DNA of 64,000 bases from a phage. The stretch is taken from sequence record PX915678.1. One strand, 5' to 3'. The translations under genes and the position numbers were made by a program. The notes beneath the pieces are model-generated. The model ran no database searches, was not told the origin of the DNA, and saw nothing but the letters and a program-made list of their open reading frames with translations. Each line of letters opens with the position of its first letter. The first letter of the stretch is position 1. This document shows, one piece after another, positions 1 through 10,718 of the stretch.

Positions 1-2110
1 CGTTTTTTCGCTTTCCAAAATCCACCAACACCCTTTGAACCAAGTGGAGGGCAAGAAATAGCTTCACGGTCCATATGCATCAGATGCTCGCGGTTATTCA
101 TATAATCACATAACTCACGATATGCAACATCAATCATAGGTTCCATCTTTTTCTTACCAAACTGATTCATGAATTCAACTAAATCATTTTGTTCTTTAAA
201 GCGATCAAGACCTACTTTTTCAATAACTTTATCTACACAAACATATACCGAATCAGTATCACCTGCTGCGATGAAATCTTCACCATTAGTTCCACATACT
301 TTATTTAGATACTCATTAATTTTACGAGCAATCCATTGAATACCGACTTGACCGAAAATTGTGATAGCAGTAGCATTTCGCAAATCATAGTAGCGAAAAT
401 GAATATTACCAAGAGCACCATAAAGACTGTTAATAAGAATTTTACGGTTCAGCTGATTTGTGTTAGCAAGCGTAGCTGCTTTTTCACATTCTTCGATCAG
501 ACTATTAAGAACAGATTCAGTGTAATTCGATAATTCGTTTAAGAAATCATCATTGAACTTAACATATCGTTCAACTTCCGGTTTAGTTGAACAGGACCCT
601 GCACCTTTCATAATAATCTTTTTAATAGCTTCGGCATTCATTTCTTCCGCGAACATTTTCTTTTTCCAATCTTTACGCTGGAAAAATACTTTAGCGATTT
701 CCTTTGGAATGATACCTTCTTGGTGCTTATCATACATCCATCCATTCGGAGAGCAAGAATATTCATCACTTGGCTTAGGAGCTGTTCCTGCGATATATTC
801 ATGAATTGGATGAACTTTAAACTGCCCGCGAATAGTCTCAGGACTAATGTTAACCTGACGAATAATGCTAGGATACAGAGACGTCAAGTCAAAACTCATA
901 ATGTATCGACGAGCAATCGGTTTAGGTTCAAACACAAATGCACCTGGAAAACTCTGTTTAACGTGCAAACCTTGTTGAGGAATAACCTTATGTTCACCTT
1001 TCAGTGAGTTAAAAATAATAGCATCCCAAGTTTTAATAGGACTCATTACACCAGAAAAAGGCATTTTAGCGTAATAAGACATACTTAAAACTAGATCGAT
1101 AAACCCACGAATTTTATCAATTGCTTGAACTGATTCTACGTCAATGATGTTATAACTAATGTATCGTTGATGATTAGTCTCACGAAGTTTATTAATAGGA
1201 CCATCGTACGGCAATTTACCTTTTTTGGTTTCATGCTGAGCAACTGATTCCAAAGAGAACGATGGCAAATTAGTAAATGCGAATTTCTTGTACAAATCTA
1301 AATAATCAAGAATAGATACGCCATCAATAGAATAAATTTCTTTGCTACCGTACATATTTTGAATTAGTTTAGATTTTACTCGACCGATTGGAGAGAAGCG
1401 TTTCATACTGCGTTCGCCGAGAACCATTTTAACGCGATTCATGATATACGGAACGTCAAATCCCTCAATATTCCAACCGGTAAAAATAGCAGGTCGTTTC
1501 TGTTCCCAGAGATTAATATATTCCATGAGCATATCACGCTCATTATCAAATGGCATATAAATTACTCGGTCAAGAATTTCTTGAGGAACTTCATCACCAC
1601 CTTCACAGTCAAGCTTAGCAGCTAACTTTGCATCCCATTTTGATACTGAACCGTACATTGAATTCAACAAATCAAAGACGTAAAAACGATCGTCAATTGA
1701 ATCATAATGAGTGATAGCATCAATTTCATATTCTGCTTTCATTGGGTCAGGAAATTTATCACCAGTAACCTCAATGTCACAGTTAGCTACACGAACAAAT
1801 TTTCGGTCATAAACAATTTCTGAACCATATGTATCACTGATATAAGCGAGTTTAAAATCGTTCATACCGAGAGCTTCGAGACCGATGTCTTCCATTCGTT
1901 TCATCCAATCTCGTGCATCTTTCATTGATGGAAATTTTTGAGGAGCGCAATTTTTACCATAAATGTCTTTGTATTTTGACTCTTCCTTACAATGCCTAAA
2001 CATAGTCGGAAGATATTCTACTTCACGAGTACGTTCCTTTCCATTTTCATCAATATAACGCTCAACAATGTTATTTCCGACTGTTTCGATAGAGATATAA
2101 AATTCTTTCA
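1..2110 (-). CDS. 43: DNA polymerase gp43, N-terminal ~703 codons (3' end beyond window edge)
   Basis: Minus-strand ORF from ATG at 2110 reads MKEFYISIETVGNNIVERYIDENGKERTREVEY..., the T4 gp43 N-terminus; open to position 1. Confidence 0.93.
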
Positions 2111-2113
2111 TAG

Positions 2114-2150
2114 ATATTCCTTAGTTTATAGCCCGAGTTATTAGGCTCTT
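2114..2150 (-). promoter_or_regulatory. gp43 autogenous translational operator (hairpin GAGCC-UAAUAACU-CGGGCU plus SD)
   Basis: mRNA-sense GAGCCUAAUAACUCGGGCUAUAAACUAAGGAAUAUCUAUG directly 5' of gene 43 start; matches the classical T4 operator hairpin. Confidence 0.8.
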
Positions 2151-2169
2151 GATATATTATACTCCAAAT

Positions 2170-2187
2170 AAGGGGCCGAAGCCCCTT
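2170..2187 (-). terminator. GC stem-loop with UUCG tetraloop (AAGGGGC-UUCG-GCCCCUU)
   Basis: Perfect inverted repeat around cgaa between small ORF and gene 43 leader. Confidence 0.45.
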
Positions 2188-2189
2188 GC

Positions 2190-2411
2190 TTAAATTAATA
2201 CCAGTTGTCGGTGAAAAATTGTTAATCCATCTGCATTAATTGACTTAACCACTGCGGTAAAGTGTTTTTGTTCTGGGTGAACTAATTTTTGAAATTCTAC
2301 CTGAAATTTTAGTTGGAGGTTTTCTGGTAAATCAAAAAGTGTTTCTGTTGCAGAAAGATTATATTTTTCTTTAAGAGACGCCATGTATTCTTGCGGAGTT
2401 ATAGCAGTCAT
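2190..2411 (-). CDS. hypothetical small protein (~73 aa from ATG)
   Basis: ORF between regA and 43; ATG at 2409-2411 overlaps regA stop (TAATATG context). Confidence 0.4.
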   Translation of the reverse strand: MTAITPQEYMASLKEKYNLSATETLFDLPENLQLKFQVEFQKLVHPEQKHFTAVVKSINADGLTIFHRQLVLI

Positions 2412-2412
2412 A

Positions 2413-2781
2413 TTAATTACCAATCGTATATTTAGGAACGAGTTTCCATTCGTGTTTTTGTTTAAAAGAAATAACTCGGAAGTTATTGGTCAAATCTTTC
2501 ATAAAAGTTCTTTGACCAGGAACGATTTCAATCAATCCCCAATCTTCTAACAGCCACGCAATCGAATCACGACGAACTTCATCTTCTTCTGTCATTTCAA
2601 CCTGACGGCCATCCATACGAAGCATTTCTTTAAAATGAACGATATAGTATAGTCCTTTTTTCTGAAGAATGTGGCAGGACTGATATAGAACTTTATCTTT
2701 ATTATTAGCAATTCCCATACGAGTCAAAGTTTCTTTTACTTTCAGAAAATCTTCAGGTTTTTTAAGAGTAATTTCAATCAT
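2413..2781 (-). CDS. regA: translational repressor RegA
   Basis: 122-aa ORF MIEITLKKPEDFLKVKETLTRMGIANNKDKVLYQSCHILQKKGLYYIVHFKEM..., recognised as T4 RegA; position upstream of 43. Confidence 0.93.
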   Translation of the reverse strand: MIEITLKKPEDFLKVKETLTRMGIANNKDKVLYQSCHILQKKGLYYIVHFKEMLRMDGRQVEMTEEDEVRRDSIAWLLEDWGLIEIVPGQRTFMKDLTNNFRVISFKQKHEWKLVPKYTIGN

Positions 2782-2782
2782 T

Positions 2783-3346
2783 TTACCATTCCAATGCTAG
2801 TTTTTTGAGTTGTTTCTGTTCTTTTACATTCTTAGTCACTTCTTTTAAAAAATCATCCGTGACTAAACCTTTTAGTTCTTTTAATACTAAAGGAAGTTTT
2901 CCATTTTTAGTAAGAATTGATTTATAGTTAATTGCATCATTTGTATTAACTTGATACCGCTTAGCAAGTAACTTAATAATCAATACTTCAGTAGAATCTT
3001 CGACCAGTTTTGCCCATTTACCATATCTTTTACCACGAGGAACAGCAGCCATCAGATAATTAAAATGGGCTTCATCGCTTAAACCTGATCCAATTAAATT
3101 CATAGCATATACAGCTGGCATGCATTCAGGAAATTGTGATAATGCATTCTCAACCATGTATTTTGAATAATCTTTTTGAGCAATAGAGCATTTAGTTTTA
3201 TTATTAATAGCTCCAATTATTTCAAAAAATTCATTTTCAGCTTTTTCCTTAAAAGAATCAGCAGCAGATTGGACAGCTGTCCAATCTTTTGAATACCAAG
3301 CAACTTGATGCTCGTTTAATTGAATATCATCTTCAAATAAGCTCAT
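2783..3346 (-). CDS. 62: clamp-loader small subunit gp62
   Basis: 187-aa ORF between regA and 44, size and synteny as T4 gp62. Confidence 0.85.
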   Translation of the reverse strand: MSLFEDDIQLNEHQVAWYSKDWTAVQSAADSFKEKAENEFFEIIGAINNKTKCSIAQKDYSKYMVENALSQFPECMPAVYAMNLIGSGLSDEAHFNYLMAAVPRGKRYGKWAKLVEDSTEVLIIKLLAKRYQVNTNDAINYKSILTKNGKLPLVLKELKGLVTDDFLKEVTKNVKEQKQLKKLALEW

Positions 3347-3347
3347 A

Positions 3348-4307
3348 TCACTTCCACTGCATTTCGCATGCTAATTGAATGAAAAGATATGCTAAATGTA
3401 ATTCAGTATTAGCCGCAATTCCGTGATACTGGTTATTTTCACCAACAATTTCATACATACGAATAATACTTTGCGGAGTTACGCGTGTATAGATTTCTTC
3501 GGCAAGTTTACCTACGAACCACGAATAATCAGCTGCATATTTTGGTGCTAAAGCTCTGAGATGTTTAACATCTTTATTTTTGAGAGACTCAAGAACATCA
3601 TCAATAGCACCACGATCGTTAGTAACCAGTGATAAAATACCAGCATCCAAAACACCTTTAGATGAATAACTATCGAGCTCACCAATAGTTTTACGAAAAT
3701 CAGGAAAATTCTTTTTAACCAAAGCTGCTACAACTTTCATATCAGCTATAGCAATTCCTTCATGCTTGCAGATTTCAGTCAATCGACGAATCATCTGCTT
3801 CATCATTTCAATTTTATCTTCATCGGTCGGCTGACCGAACGTAATAACTCGGCAGCGTGACTGAAGCGGTTTAATAATACCATCAATATTGTTAGCAGTA
3901 ATAATAATACTACAGTTTGAACTATAAGCTTCCATAAAGGAACGAAGATGTCGCTGAGACTCTGCTAACCCTGAACGGTCAAATTCATCAATAACGATTA
4001 CTTTTTGACGACCATCAAATGAAGCTGCACTAGCAAAATTAGTCAAAGGACCACGAACGAAATCAATTTTACAATCTGACCCATTCACAAACATCATATC
4101 AGCATTTACATCATGACACAATGCTTTTGCTACAGTCGTTTTACCTGTTCCTGGAGAAGGAGAATGAAGAATAATATGTGGAATCTTACCTTTACTTGTA
4201 ATAGATTTAAAGGTTTCTTTATCAAAGGCGGGAAGAATACATTCATCGATAGTAGATGGACGATATTTCTGTTCAAGAATGTGTTCTTTTTCATTTACAG
4301 TAATCAT
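3348..4307 (-). CDS. 44: clamp-loader ATPase gp44
   Basis: From internal ATG: [26 protein letters not shown]..., Walker [11 protein letters not shown], Walker B VIVIDEFD; 319 aa. Confidence 0.93.
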   Translation of the reverse strand: MITVNEKEHILEQKYRPSTIDECILPAFDKETFKSITSKGKIPHIILHSPSPGTGKTTVAKALCHDVNADMMFVNGSDCKIDFVRGPLTNFASAASFDGRQKVIVIDEFDRSGLAESQRHLRSFMEAYSSNCSIIITANNIDGIIKPLQSRCRVITFGQPTDEDKIEMMKQMIRRLTEICKHEGIAIADMKVVAALVKKNFPDFRKTIGELDSYSSKGVLDAGILSLVTNDRGAIDDVLESLKNKDVKHLRALAPKYAADYSWFVGKLAEEIYTRVTPQSIIRMYEIVGENNQYHGIAANTELHLAYLFIQLACEMQWK

Positions 4308-4337
4308 AATTTCCTCATTCAAGTTTTAGTGTAAATT

Positions 4338-4359
4338 ATAAAGGGCCGAAGCCCTTTAT
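4338..4359 (-). terminator. GC stem-loop (AAAGGGC-UUCG-GCCCUUU)
   Basis: Inverted repeat aaagggccgaagcccttt between genes 45 and 44. Confidence 0.45.
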
Positions 4360-5045
4360 TAAAAGTCGTGGGTAGAATCAGCTTCAAGAGCTACTACATA
4401 ATTCGCGTGTTCACCTTCAAATTTAGCAGCACCCTGTTTACCTTTTGCCCAGAGCAGAAGTTTATAATTTCCTGGTTGCATTTTCATATTTGCCATATTG
4501 ATAATGAAATTAAATGTATTTTCACCATCATAATCACCAAGAGTCAAAGAATATTTAACGCGAGTCAAAGCAGAATCTTCTACTTTATTAAAACCATTAA
4601 TTACGATTTTACCTTCTTTTACTGTGATAGCAATTGTATCAATCTGCAGACCACGAGATACACGCAACAGTTGTTGAAGGTCTTCAGCTTTAATTTCAGT
4701 AACAACAGATGCTACCGGGAATGGAATTGGTTTATTAGGAGCAACTACTGTACTCGGATCGGCTGCTGGCCAAAAAATTGTTGAACGAGCATCAGCAATT
4801 TTAATATTTCCATCTTCTGACTGGGAAATTTCTGCATCGTCATTAACTAGAGACAGAATACCGAGAAAACCGTTCAAATCGTAAATTGCTACATCAAAAT
4901 CAATAGTGTCAGAAATATTTGCTTCTGCATAAGTTGTACCATTAACCGCGCGAGTCATAATAAATTGACCGGATTTAAGCATAATGCCAGAGTTAATAGT
5001 AGCGAAATTTTTGAGCAGAGCAGTAGTATCTTTAGACAGTTTCAT
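4359..5045 (-). CDS. 45: sliding clamp gp45
   Basis: 228-aa ORF MKLSKDTTALLKNFATINSGIMLKSGQFIMTRAVNGTTYAEANISDTIDFDVAIYDLNGFLG..., recognised as T4 gp45. Confidence 0.93.
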   Translation of the reverse strand: MKLSKDTTALLKNFATINSGIMLKSGQFIMTRAVNGTTYAEANISDTIDFDVAIYDLNGFLGILSLVNDDAEISQSEDGNIKIADARSTIFWPAADPSTVVAPNKPIPFPVASVVTEIKAEDLQQLLRVSRGLQIDTIAITVKEGKIVINGFNKVEDSALTRVKYSLTLGDYDGENTFNFIINMANMKMQPGNYKLLLWAKGKQGAAKFEGEHANYVVALEADSTHDF

Positions 5046-5073
5046 GTAATTTCCTTCAATTCAAATGGGATTT

Positions 5074-5102
5074 AATTTTATAACTAATTTAATAAAGCAA
5101 TT
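5074..5102 (-). promoter_or_regulatory. middle (MotA-box) promoter upstream of gene 45
   Basis: mRNA-sense AATTGCTTTATTAAATTAGTTATAAAAT: MotA box TTGCTTTA about 12 nt upstream of a TATAAAAT -10. Confidence 0.5.
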
Positions 5103-5490
5103 AACGATTAAAATCGGCAGCAATTGTTTCCGCAACAAGTTGAGCAGCAACAATTAGGCGTTCATCTGCATTACCGCAATAATCGTCTTCAAGGCGTTCA
5201 CCACATGAAGTCATAATAAATTTAGCACCAGCATTTAAAGATTCTGTCGTATGTTTGCGCATTAGTTCAATCCATTTATTACTTACTTCACGATCGATAG
5301 CTTCATAATACGCATGACGAGCAGGTGCAGATTTAATTTTGTTCTGAATAACTTCCATCGCGTTATCAGAAAGAGACAAAACCCATGCTCGACGAATTTT
5401 ATTTTGGTTTTGTGGATTTGAATCAGAACGCACGTGTTTTGGCTGAATATCTTTTACATCAACAGTATAATTCACAGTAATTTTAGTCAT
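5101..5490 (-). CDS. rpbA: RNA polymerase-binding protein RpbA
   Basis: 129-aa ORF immediately upstream of gene 45, size and position as T4 rpbA. Confidence 0.75.
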   Translation of the reverse strand: MTKITVNYTVDVKDIQPKHVRSDSNPQNQNKIRRAWVLSLSDNAMEVIQNKIKSAPARHAYYEAIDREVSNKWIELMRKHTTESLNAGAKFIMTSCGERLEDDYCGNADERLIVAAQLVAETIAADFNR

Positions 5491-5499
5491 AATACACCT

Positions 5500-5688
5500 T
5501 TAGTCATAATAATCAGTAACAGTCCAAGCTTCATTTCTGTTGGACATTATTTTCGTATATTCTGCTTTAAATGCATTCTTAAGCATAGATTCAGTAACTA
5601 TATGCTCTTCATTAGAAAAATTATTTCTCAGAATATATCGTTTTATTTCAGGAATAGTTAATAGATGCTGTCCAGTTGAATATTCCAT
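5500..5688 (-). CDS. hypothetical protein (45.2 position)
   Basis: 62-aa ORF between 46 and rpbA. Confidence 0.5.
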   Translation of the reverse strand: MEYSTGQHLLTIPEIKRYILRNNFSNEEHIVTESMLKNAFKAEYTKIMSNRNEAWTVTDYYD

Positions 5689-5743
5689 GTTTTTCCTCCA
5701 TAGAGATTATACTCTAATAAATTAAAGCATAATCTCTTATAAA

Positions 5744-7426
5744 TTAAACCATTACAGTAAATCGACCAACTTTCTTCATTTGAAGATGCTGACCATATGC
5801 TTGTGGGTCGTGGTCTCTATGTGAAATAACAAAAACATTAGTATTTTTTAAACTATCTAAAATAGTTGAAATAGCTTTTACACCTTCAACATCGGTTGCT
5901 GAATCAAAAACTTCATCGAGAATTAGTGTGTTTATTTTAACACCTGAAACTTTTTCAGCAATATCACGCCAAGTAAATAGAAGAGCAATATCAATTCGTG
6001 CTTTTTCGCCTTGACTGAATGAAGCATAACTAAAATCTTCACGACCGCGGGATTTAATTGTCTCATTAAATTCTTCATCTAATGTAAACACATAATCCGC
6101 TTCCATTATTTTAAGATAATGGTTAATCTGCTTATTAAATAATGGAATGTACTTTTTAATAATAGCACCTTTAATACCAGAATCTTTGAGCATATCAGTC
6201 AAAATTCCTCTGTGGTATTTTTCCATTACTAAATTAGTTTTTGTCTTAACAATTTTATCAAGTTCTTCTTGAAGCAGTGCTATTTCATCAGCATGGTCAA
6301 TAAACTCAGATGATGCTTTTTCTATAGCTGCTTTAACTTTTTTAGCTTTATCTACAGTCGTGATTAGAGATTGCTTTTTATTGCGAATATCATTCGCCAA
6401 CGTCTGCTGGGTTTTAATATTATCTCGGTATTCATCAACGAGAACTTTTAAATTATCACGATGTGTTGAAAGCTGTTCAAACGAATGCGTGCATTCAGAA
6501 ACTTTATCTTTAATTTTAGAAACAACTTTATCACCGGAACTTAATTGTGACAAACAGGTTGGACATAATCCACCTTCGTGATACATATTAATGACTTTAT
6601 TATACGAGTCAATTTTTGATTTAATTAAAAATGCTTCTTGGCCGATTTTATTAAATGCATCAGTCGGGTCTTCATCCAAAACAATATTAACTAATCTTTC
6701 ATTAGCTTCTTCTATTTCCGATTTTAGCGTTCTAGCTTCTTTTGCCAAATCATCATACATATTCTGTAGACGAGTAAGGTTATCACCAGTTAATTTTTTC
6801 TGGCGTTCAACGTTATCATTATATATTTTAATTTGTTGGATAATACTATCTTTTTTAACATCAAGCACTTGGTTTTGTGAATTTAATTCACGTATTAGTG
6901 CTTTATTAAGCTTATCCATTTCAGCTAATGTTCCTACCTCGAGCAGGTCTTCCACAAGCTTTCTTCGTGCAGGGGTCGACAAACCCATGAAAGGGGTATA
7001 CCCTGCTGTACCAAGGACAACAATCTGCTTGAAACTGGCATATGACATTCCGATAAGCTGTTCAAATTCTGCTTGGAAATCTTTACTGCTGGCAGATTCA
7101 TTAAGACGTGTACCGTTAACGGTGATTTCGAAAACGTTTGGTTTTTGTCCTCTTTTGATATAGTACTTTTTCTCATCATATTCCATCCACAGTTCAACTA
7201 AAAGTTCTTTCTTATTTGTGCTGTTTATTAATTGACCTTTCTTTACATCACGAAATGGCTTGCCAAAAAGCCCAAATGTGATGGCTTCTAACATAGTAGA
7301 CTTACCACCGCCATTTCGTCCAGTAATAAGAGTTTTTTGAACCTTATCTAGTTGAATGTCAATAGGATTTCCACCTACTGACATTATATTTTGATACCTA
7401 ACTCGGTTTAGTTTAAAATTCTTCAC
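5744..7426 (-). CDS. 46: recombination nuclease subunit gp46 (Rad50/SbcC-like ATPase)
   Basis: 560-aa ORF, Walker A GRNGGGKST, central coiled coil, C-terminal ATPase signature; synteny with 47. Confidence 0.9.
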   Translation of the reverse strand: MKNFKLNRVRYQNIMSVGGNPIDIQLDKVQKTLITGRNGGGKSTMLEAITFGLFGKPFRDVKKGQLINSTNKKELLVELWMEYDEKKYYIKRGQKPNVFEITVNGTRLNESASSKDFQAEFEQLIGMSYASFKQIVVLGTAGYTPFMGLSTPARRKLVEDLLEVGTLAEMDKLNKALIRELNSQNQVLDVKKDSIIQQIKIYNDNVERQKKLTGDNLTRLQNMYDDLAKEARTLKSEIEEANERLVNIVLDEDPTDAFNKIGQEAFLIKSKIDSYNKVINMYHEGGLCPTCLSQLSSGDKVVSKIKDKVSECTHSFEQLSTHRDNLKVLVDEYRDNIKTQQTLANDIRNKKQSLITTVDKAKKVKAAIEKASSEFIDHADEIALLQEELDKIVKTKTNLVMEKYHRGILTDMLKDSGIKGAIIKKYIPLFNKQINHYLKIMEADYVFTLDEEFNETIKSRGREDFSYASFSQGEKARIDIALLFTWRDIAEKVSGVKINTLILDEVFDSATDVEGVKAISTILDSLKNTNVFVISHRDHDPQAYGQHLQMKKVGRFTVMV

Positions 7427-7686
7427 AAAAGATTCCTTTTAATGTATCTTTTAGACCATTCTATCATATCATCATAATCTAAAAAGTATTCATCAAATTC
7501 AGCCATGCAAACAACACCTTGCGCTGCTTTTGATGTGATATAAATTATTCCAACATATCTAGAATCTTCTTCGGTGTAATCAATATTTGCTATGAATTCA
7601 TCGTTAATGTCAAATGTCGAAAACTTCACAATATGCATCCTTAATACAAGATACAGCCATATCTTGTAATGATTTAGGTGTGTCAT
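7423..7686 (-). CDS. hypothetical protein (46.1 position)
   Basis: 87-aa ORF overlapping neighbours; start uncertain. Confidence 0.35.
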   Translation of the reverse strand: MTHLNHYKIWLYLVLRMHIVKFSTFDINDEFIANIDYTEEDSRYVGIIYITSKAAQGVVCMAEFDEYFLDYDDMIEWSKRYIKRNLL

Positions 7687-7873
7687 TATCTAAAATGTTG
7701 AAGTTAAAAGATACAGCCCAATCAGTGCAGACCGTAACCTTTTTAATACAATTATCTTCAACCTCTAGCGGTTCAAACCAATATTCAATAATTTCTTTAT
7801 GCCCAATATCATCTTTTACTTCGCATTCAAAATGCTGACTCATCATAGCATTTTTAAATTCATCAAAAGTCAT
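7610..7873 (-). CDS. hypothetical protein (46.2 position)
   Basis: 87-aa ORF between 47 and 46. Confidence 0.45.
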   Translation of the reverse strand: MTFDEFKNAMMSQHFECEVKDDIGHKEIIEYWFEPLEVEDNCIKKVTVCTDWAVSFNFNILDNDTPKSLQDMAVSCIKDAYCEVFDI

Positions 7874-8889
7874 TGTGTTGCCTCTACATATAGCTGATTT
7901 GCATATTGAATAAGTGCTTCGCGATCAGAATCAGTGATGTCTGGAATTGCATTAATGTATTCTTCCATCAACGTCTGAAGAGATTGAACTTCAACTTCTT
8001 CACTATCATCTGACTCAACAGAGTTATCAATCTTTGACACAACTCGTAATGAATGCACAACTTTTTCTAGTTCAGATTCGAACTTCGTTAGATTTTTGTC
8101 TACTTCAGTTACTATAACACGCACTGATAGATTTGTAAAATCTTTATAGTCAATTTTTCCCTTAAATGGATATTGAATTCGACGATGCCAGGTAGTGTTG
8201 TTTGGAATAAATTCCATTCGTTCTGTTTCTGTATCAAACATCCAGAACCCGCGAGGGTCATTCTCGTCACCCGCAGTTAGTGTCCATGGTGTCCCAATAT
8301 ATCTGACATTAGCAGCCTCAGAGATAGTATGGAAGTGACCAGACCACACCTCTTTATAAGTCTTAAGGAAATCAGGTTCAAGACCGTGAGATTTCATTCC
8401 TTTATAAAAATAAAATCCATTCAGTTCCCAGTGACCAACACAAAAAGAAGCAGATGAAGTTTTGATGTGTTCAAGAATTTCACCAGTATTTTCTTCACAC
8501 ATCCAAGGAATTAAATCAATCAAACATCCGTCAAAATCTACTGTAGTAGGCTTATCATATACTTTAACATTAGGATATTTAGCCAAAAGCTCAGTAGAAG
8601 CATTTGGAGTTAAAGTATTTTTAAAGTGCATATCATGGTTTCCTACAACAGTATGTAGGGTAATACCAGCATCATCAAGCATTTGAACTATTTCACGAGC
8701 GAACTCCATAGTTTTATGTGTGATTGCTTTTCGCACATCAAAAATATCGCCGTATTGAATCCATGTAGTAATTCCATTTTTCTTAGAATATTCTATTGCT
8801 TGTTTAATTCCATCCAACTGAATGGATTGAACCCACTCATCATCGGCTTTAACACCTAAATGCCAATCACCTAAATTTAAAATTTTCAT
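7870..8889 (-). CDS. 47: recombination nuclease subunit gp47 (Mre11/SbcD-like)
   Basis: 339-aa ORF with calcineurin-type phosphoesterase motifs GDWHLG, GDIFD, GNHD. Confidence 0.9.
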   Translation of the reverse strand: MKILNLGDWHLGVKADDEWVQSIQLDGIKQAIEYSKKNGITTWIQYGDIFDVRKAITHKTMEFAREIVQMLDDAGITLHTVVGNHDMHFKNTLTPNASTELLAKYPNVKVYDKPTTVDFDGCLIDLIPWMCEENTGEILEHIKTSSASFCVGHWELNGFYFYKGMKSHGLEPDFLKTYKEVWSGHFHTISEAANVRYIGTPWTLTAGDENDPRGFWMFDTETERMEFIPNNTTWHRRIQYPFKGKIDYKDFTNLSVRVIVTEVDKNLTKFESELEKVVHSLRVVSKIDNSVESDDSEEVEVQSLQTLMEEYINAIPDITDSDREALIQYANQLYVEATQ

Positions 8890-9047
8890 ATATCAAGAAC
8901 CGTCATTGAAATGCAAAATAAAATTATTGAAATAAATCCATCTGGAGTGCTAAAGAACCCAATCCAACATGCTCTAGTGAATAGATAAAATGCGAGAAAA
9001 AGTATCACATATCCAAGAAATATCATTATATCAAACTCCGTATAAAG

Positions 9048-9069
9048 CTAAAGGGCCGAAGCCCTTTAT
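9048..9069 (-). terminator. GC stem-loop (AAAGGGC-UUCG-GCCCUUU)
   Basis: Inverted repeat overlapping a-gt stop codon. Confidence 0.45.
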
Positions 9070-10268
9070 TTTGTAATAATGTCAAACTGTTCTTTAAAGC
9101 AGAAGCTTGAATCTTGATGCTGATACAAAAATTCATAAGCTTTTTCGCGTTCACGGTCATAAAGATTTCGGTCAGATGACAGTTCTTTAATACGCTCAAA
9201 TGTTGATTCCATGTCATTTTCATCAAACCAAACGATACCGCTATCATGAGAAATTAACGGAGTATTATCAACACGGAATTTTAAATTTTCGCCAGTAGAT
9301 TTCCAAAATACTGGAATTGTTCCACACGCACCAAGCTCGAGATGAGTATATTCTAAAGAACGTTGTAGATATTTTTTATCCAACTTACTCAACTGATAAC
9401 CAAATCCGGATTTACTCATACGTTCAAGCATTTCGCTATTTACATAACGGTCAAGAATTTGCGTTGGCAAATTAGGAGCAATTTTAATTTGGTCTACTTG
9501 ATGAAGACGATAATACTCGTATGGAATTCCTTTTTCTTTAATAGGAATGAACGCTGGAGAACGTTCCAGACCTTCCATAATAGTACTTAATCCAGCAGGT
9601 TTAAGATGTTTTTCGTGAAAATCAAACATCTGATAAAAACCTTTCCATGTAGTCGTACGACCGATCCAACGGTTGACATTCATATTAATTTCAGAAACAT
9701 CTTTCCAGTAGGTTGATCGAACCTTCGCAATATCCATAGGAGGCTGAAAGTTGTATACAGTCGGTGCTTCTTCAATATCATCAAACAGAGAAACTGTTTC
9801 TGGATACCATTCTTTCATCAGAACTTTATTAAAATCACCATTATCAGAATGACTAAAAATAACATCAGCTCGGCGAACAGTTTCTTCTAATCCCAAATTT
9901 CGACGCAAAGAAAGAGAAGAATGGTCATGTTGATAAACTACAACACGAACCGAAGGTTTAATGTTATCAATAATTTTTTTATAGTTATTAATAGTGTCTT
10001 CTTCGACTGAAGTAGCAGGAACTGAATTGATAATTAGAATATCACAATCATTTACCAGCTTAAGTGTTTTATCGTATTCTTTTGCCAATAAAACCGGAAT
10101 TGAAAATGATTTATAATCATGCGCGCAATTACGGGTAAATGATTTATCTTTAGCATAAACCAAAGTTACTTCATGACCATTTTTAATAAACCAATCACGT
10201 TGCTCAAGAGAAAATTTAGTTACGCCACAACCTTCAAGACCTCGAGCCATAAAAATGCATACTTTCAT
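9066..10268 (-). CDS. a-gt: DNA alpha-glucosyltransferase
   Basis: 400-aa ORF MKVCIFMARGLEGCGVTKFSLEQRDWFIKNGHEVTLVYAKDKSF..., recognised as T4 alpha-gt. Confidence 0.9.
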   Translation of the reverse strand: MKVCIFMARGLEGCGVTKFSLEQRDWFIKNGHEVTLVYAKDKSFTRNCAHDYKSFSIPVLLAKEYDKTLKLVNDCDILIINSVPATSVEEDTINNYKKIIDNIKPSVRVVVYQHDHSSLSLRRNLGLEETVRRADVIFSHSDNGDFNKVLMKEWYPETVSLFDDIEEAPTVYNFQPPMDIAKVRSTYWKDVSEINMNVNRWIGRTTTWKGFYQMFDFHEKHLKPAGLSTIMEGLERSPAFIPIKEKGIPYEYYRLHQVDQIKIAPNLPTQILDRYVNSEMLERMSKSGFGYQLSKLDKKYLQRSLEYTHLELGACGTIPVFWKSTGENLKFRVDNTPLISHDSGIVWFDENDMESTFERIKELSSDRNLYDREREKAYEFLYQHQDSSFCFKEQFDIITK

Positions 10269-10289
10269 TTAATATCCTCATTGTTTTGG

Positions 10290-10320
10290 TTTATTTTACC
10301 AAAAATTTATAAAGCAATAT
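10290..10320 (-). promoter_or_regulatory. middle (MotA-box) promoter upstream of a-gt
   Basis: mRNA-sense ATATTGCTTTATAAATTTTTGGTAAAAT: MotA box then TAAAAT -10. Confidence 0.45.
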
Positions 10321-10338
10321 AGGAGCCGAAGCTCCTAT
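10321..10338 (-). terminator. stem-loop (AGGAGC-UUCG-GCUCCU)
   Basis: Inverted repeat aggagccgaagctcct just 3' of small ORF stop. Confidence 0.4.
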
Positions 10339-10508
10339 CCGCATAATACACCATACAGAGGCTCATTAGAGCTTCTAAATTTTATACGTTTATGTGTTAT
10401 AGTTCCTTCTGCTTTAGCTTTATCATGAGACTCTTTAAAGCGCCTCATCATTTCTACTTTAGAGGAACGAATTTTATTATAATCTATTTCACAAGTCTGG
10501 GCGTTCAT
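10335..10508 (-). CDS. hypothetical small protein (57 aa, below ORF-track cutoff)
   Basis: Manual translation MNAQTCEIDYNKIRSSKVEMMRRFKESHDKAKAEGTITHKRIKFRSSNEPLYGVLCG; fills gap between ORFs, followed by hairpin. Confidence 0.3.
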   Translation of the reverse strand: MNAQTCEIDYNKIRSSKVEMMRRFKESHDKAKAEGTITHKRIKFRSSNEPLYGVLCG

Positions 10509-10511
10509 CTT

Positions 10512-10718
10512 TCACAGTTGCCACCATTTTTTAACTTGATAAGAATCAACCCACACTTTCATATTAGGGTCTGCTCTTACAATAGGAGGATTAACTTCTT
10601 TAATTGAACTATCATGGTATTCTTTTTCAGAAATTTTCACACAAAGATGACCATTCAAAGATTCAGTAAATCCTGCATTAATTTTAAGACGCTTGAATTT
10701 TACGTGTGTAAGCATCAA
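10512..10718 (-). CDS. hypothetical protein
   Basis: 68-aa ORF, co-oriented in 55-downstream block. Confidence 0.45.
   Translation of the reverse strand: MMLTHVKFKRLKINAGFTESLNGHLCVKISEKEYHDSSIKEVNPPIVRADPNMKVWVDSYQVKKWWQL

Noticed and set aside
336-1007. Plus-strand ORFs (65-95 aa) at 336-533, 553-804, 720-1007
   Set aside because: They lie antisense within the gene 43 coding region, whose minus-strand frame is continuous; compositional artefacts of AT-rich DNA.
4113-4784. Plus-strand ORFs 4113-4334 and 4368-4784
   Set aside because: Antisense to genes 44 and 45, which are confidently identified; no promoter/SD context.
6360-7197. ORFs 6360-6581, 6591-7163 (plus) and 6934-7197 (minus, out of frame)
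   Set aside because: Embedded in or antisense to gene 46; low-complexity Ser/Leu-rich translations typical of antisense frames.
9026-9247. 73-aa minus-strand ORF overlapping the 3' end of a-gt
   Set aside because: Alternative frame of the a-gt C-terminal coding region; a-gt frame matches the known protein to its C-terminus (…FDIITK).
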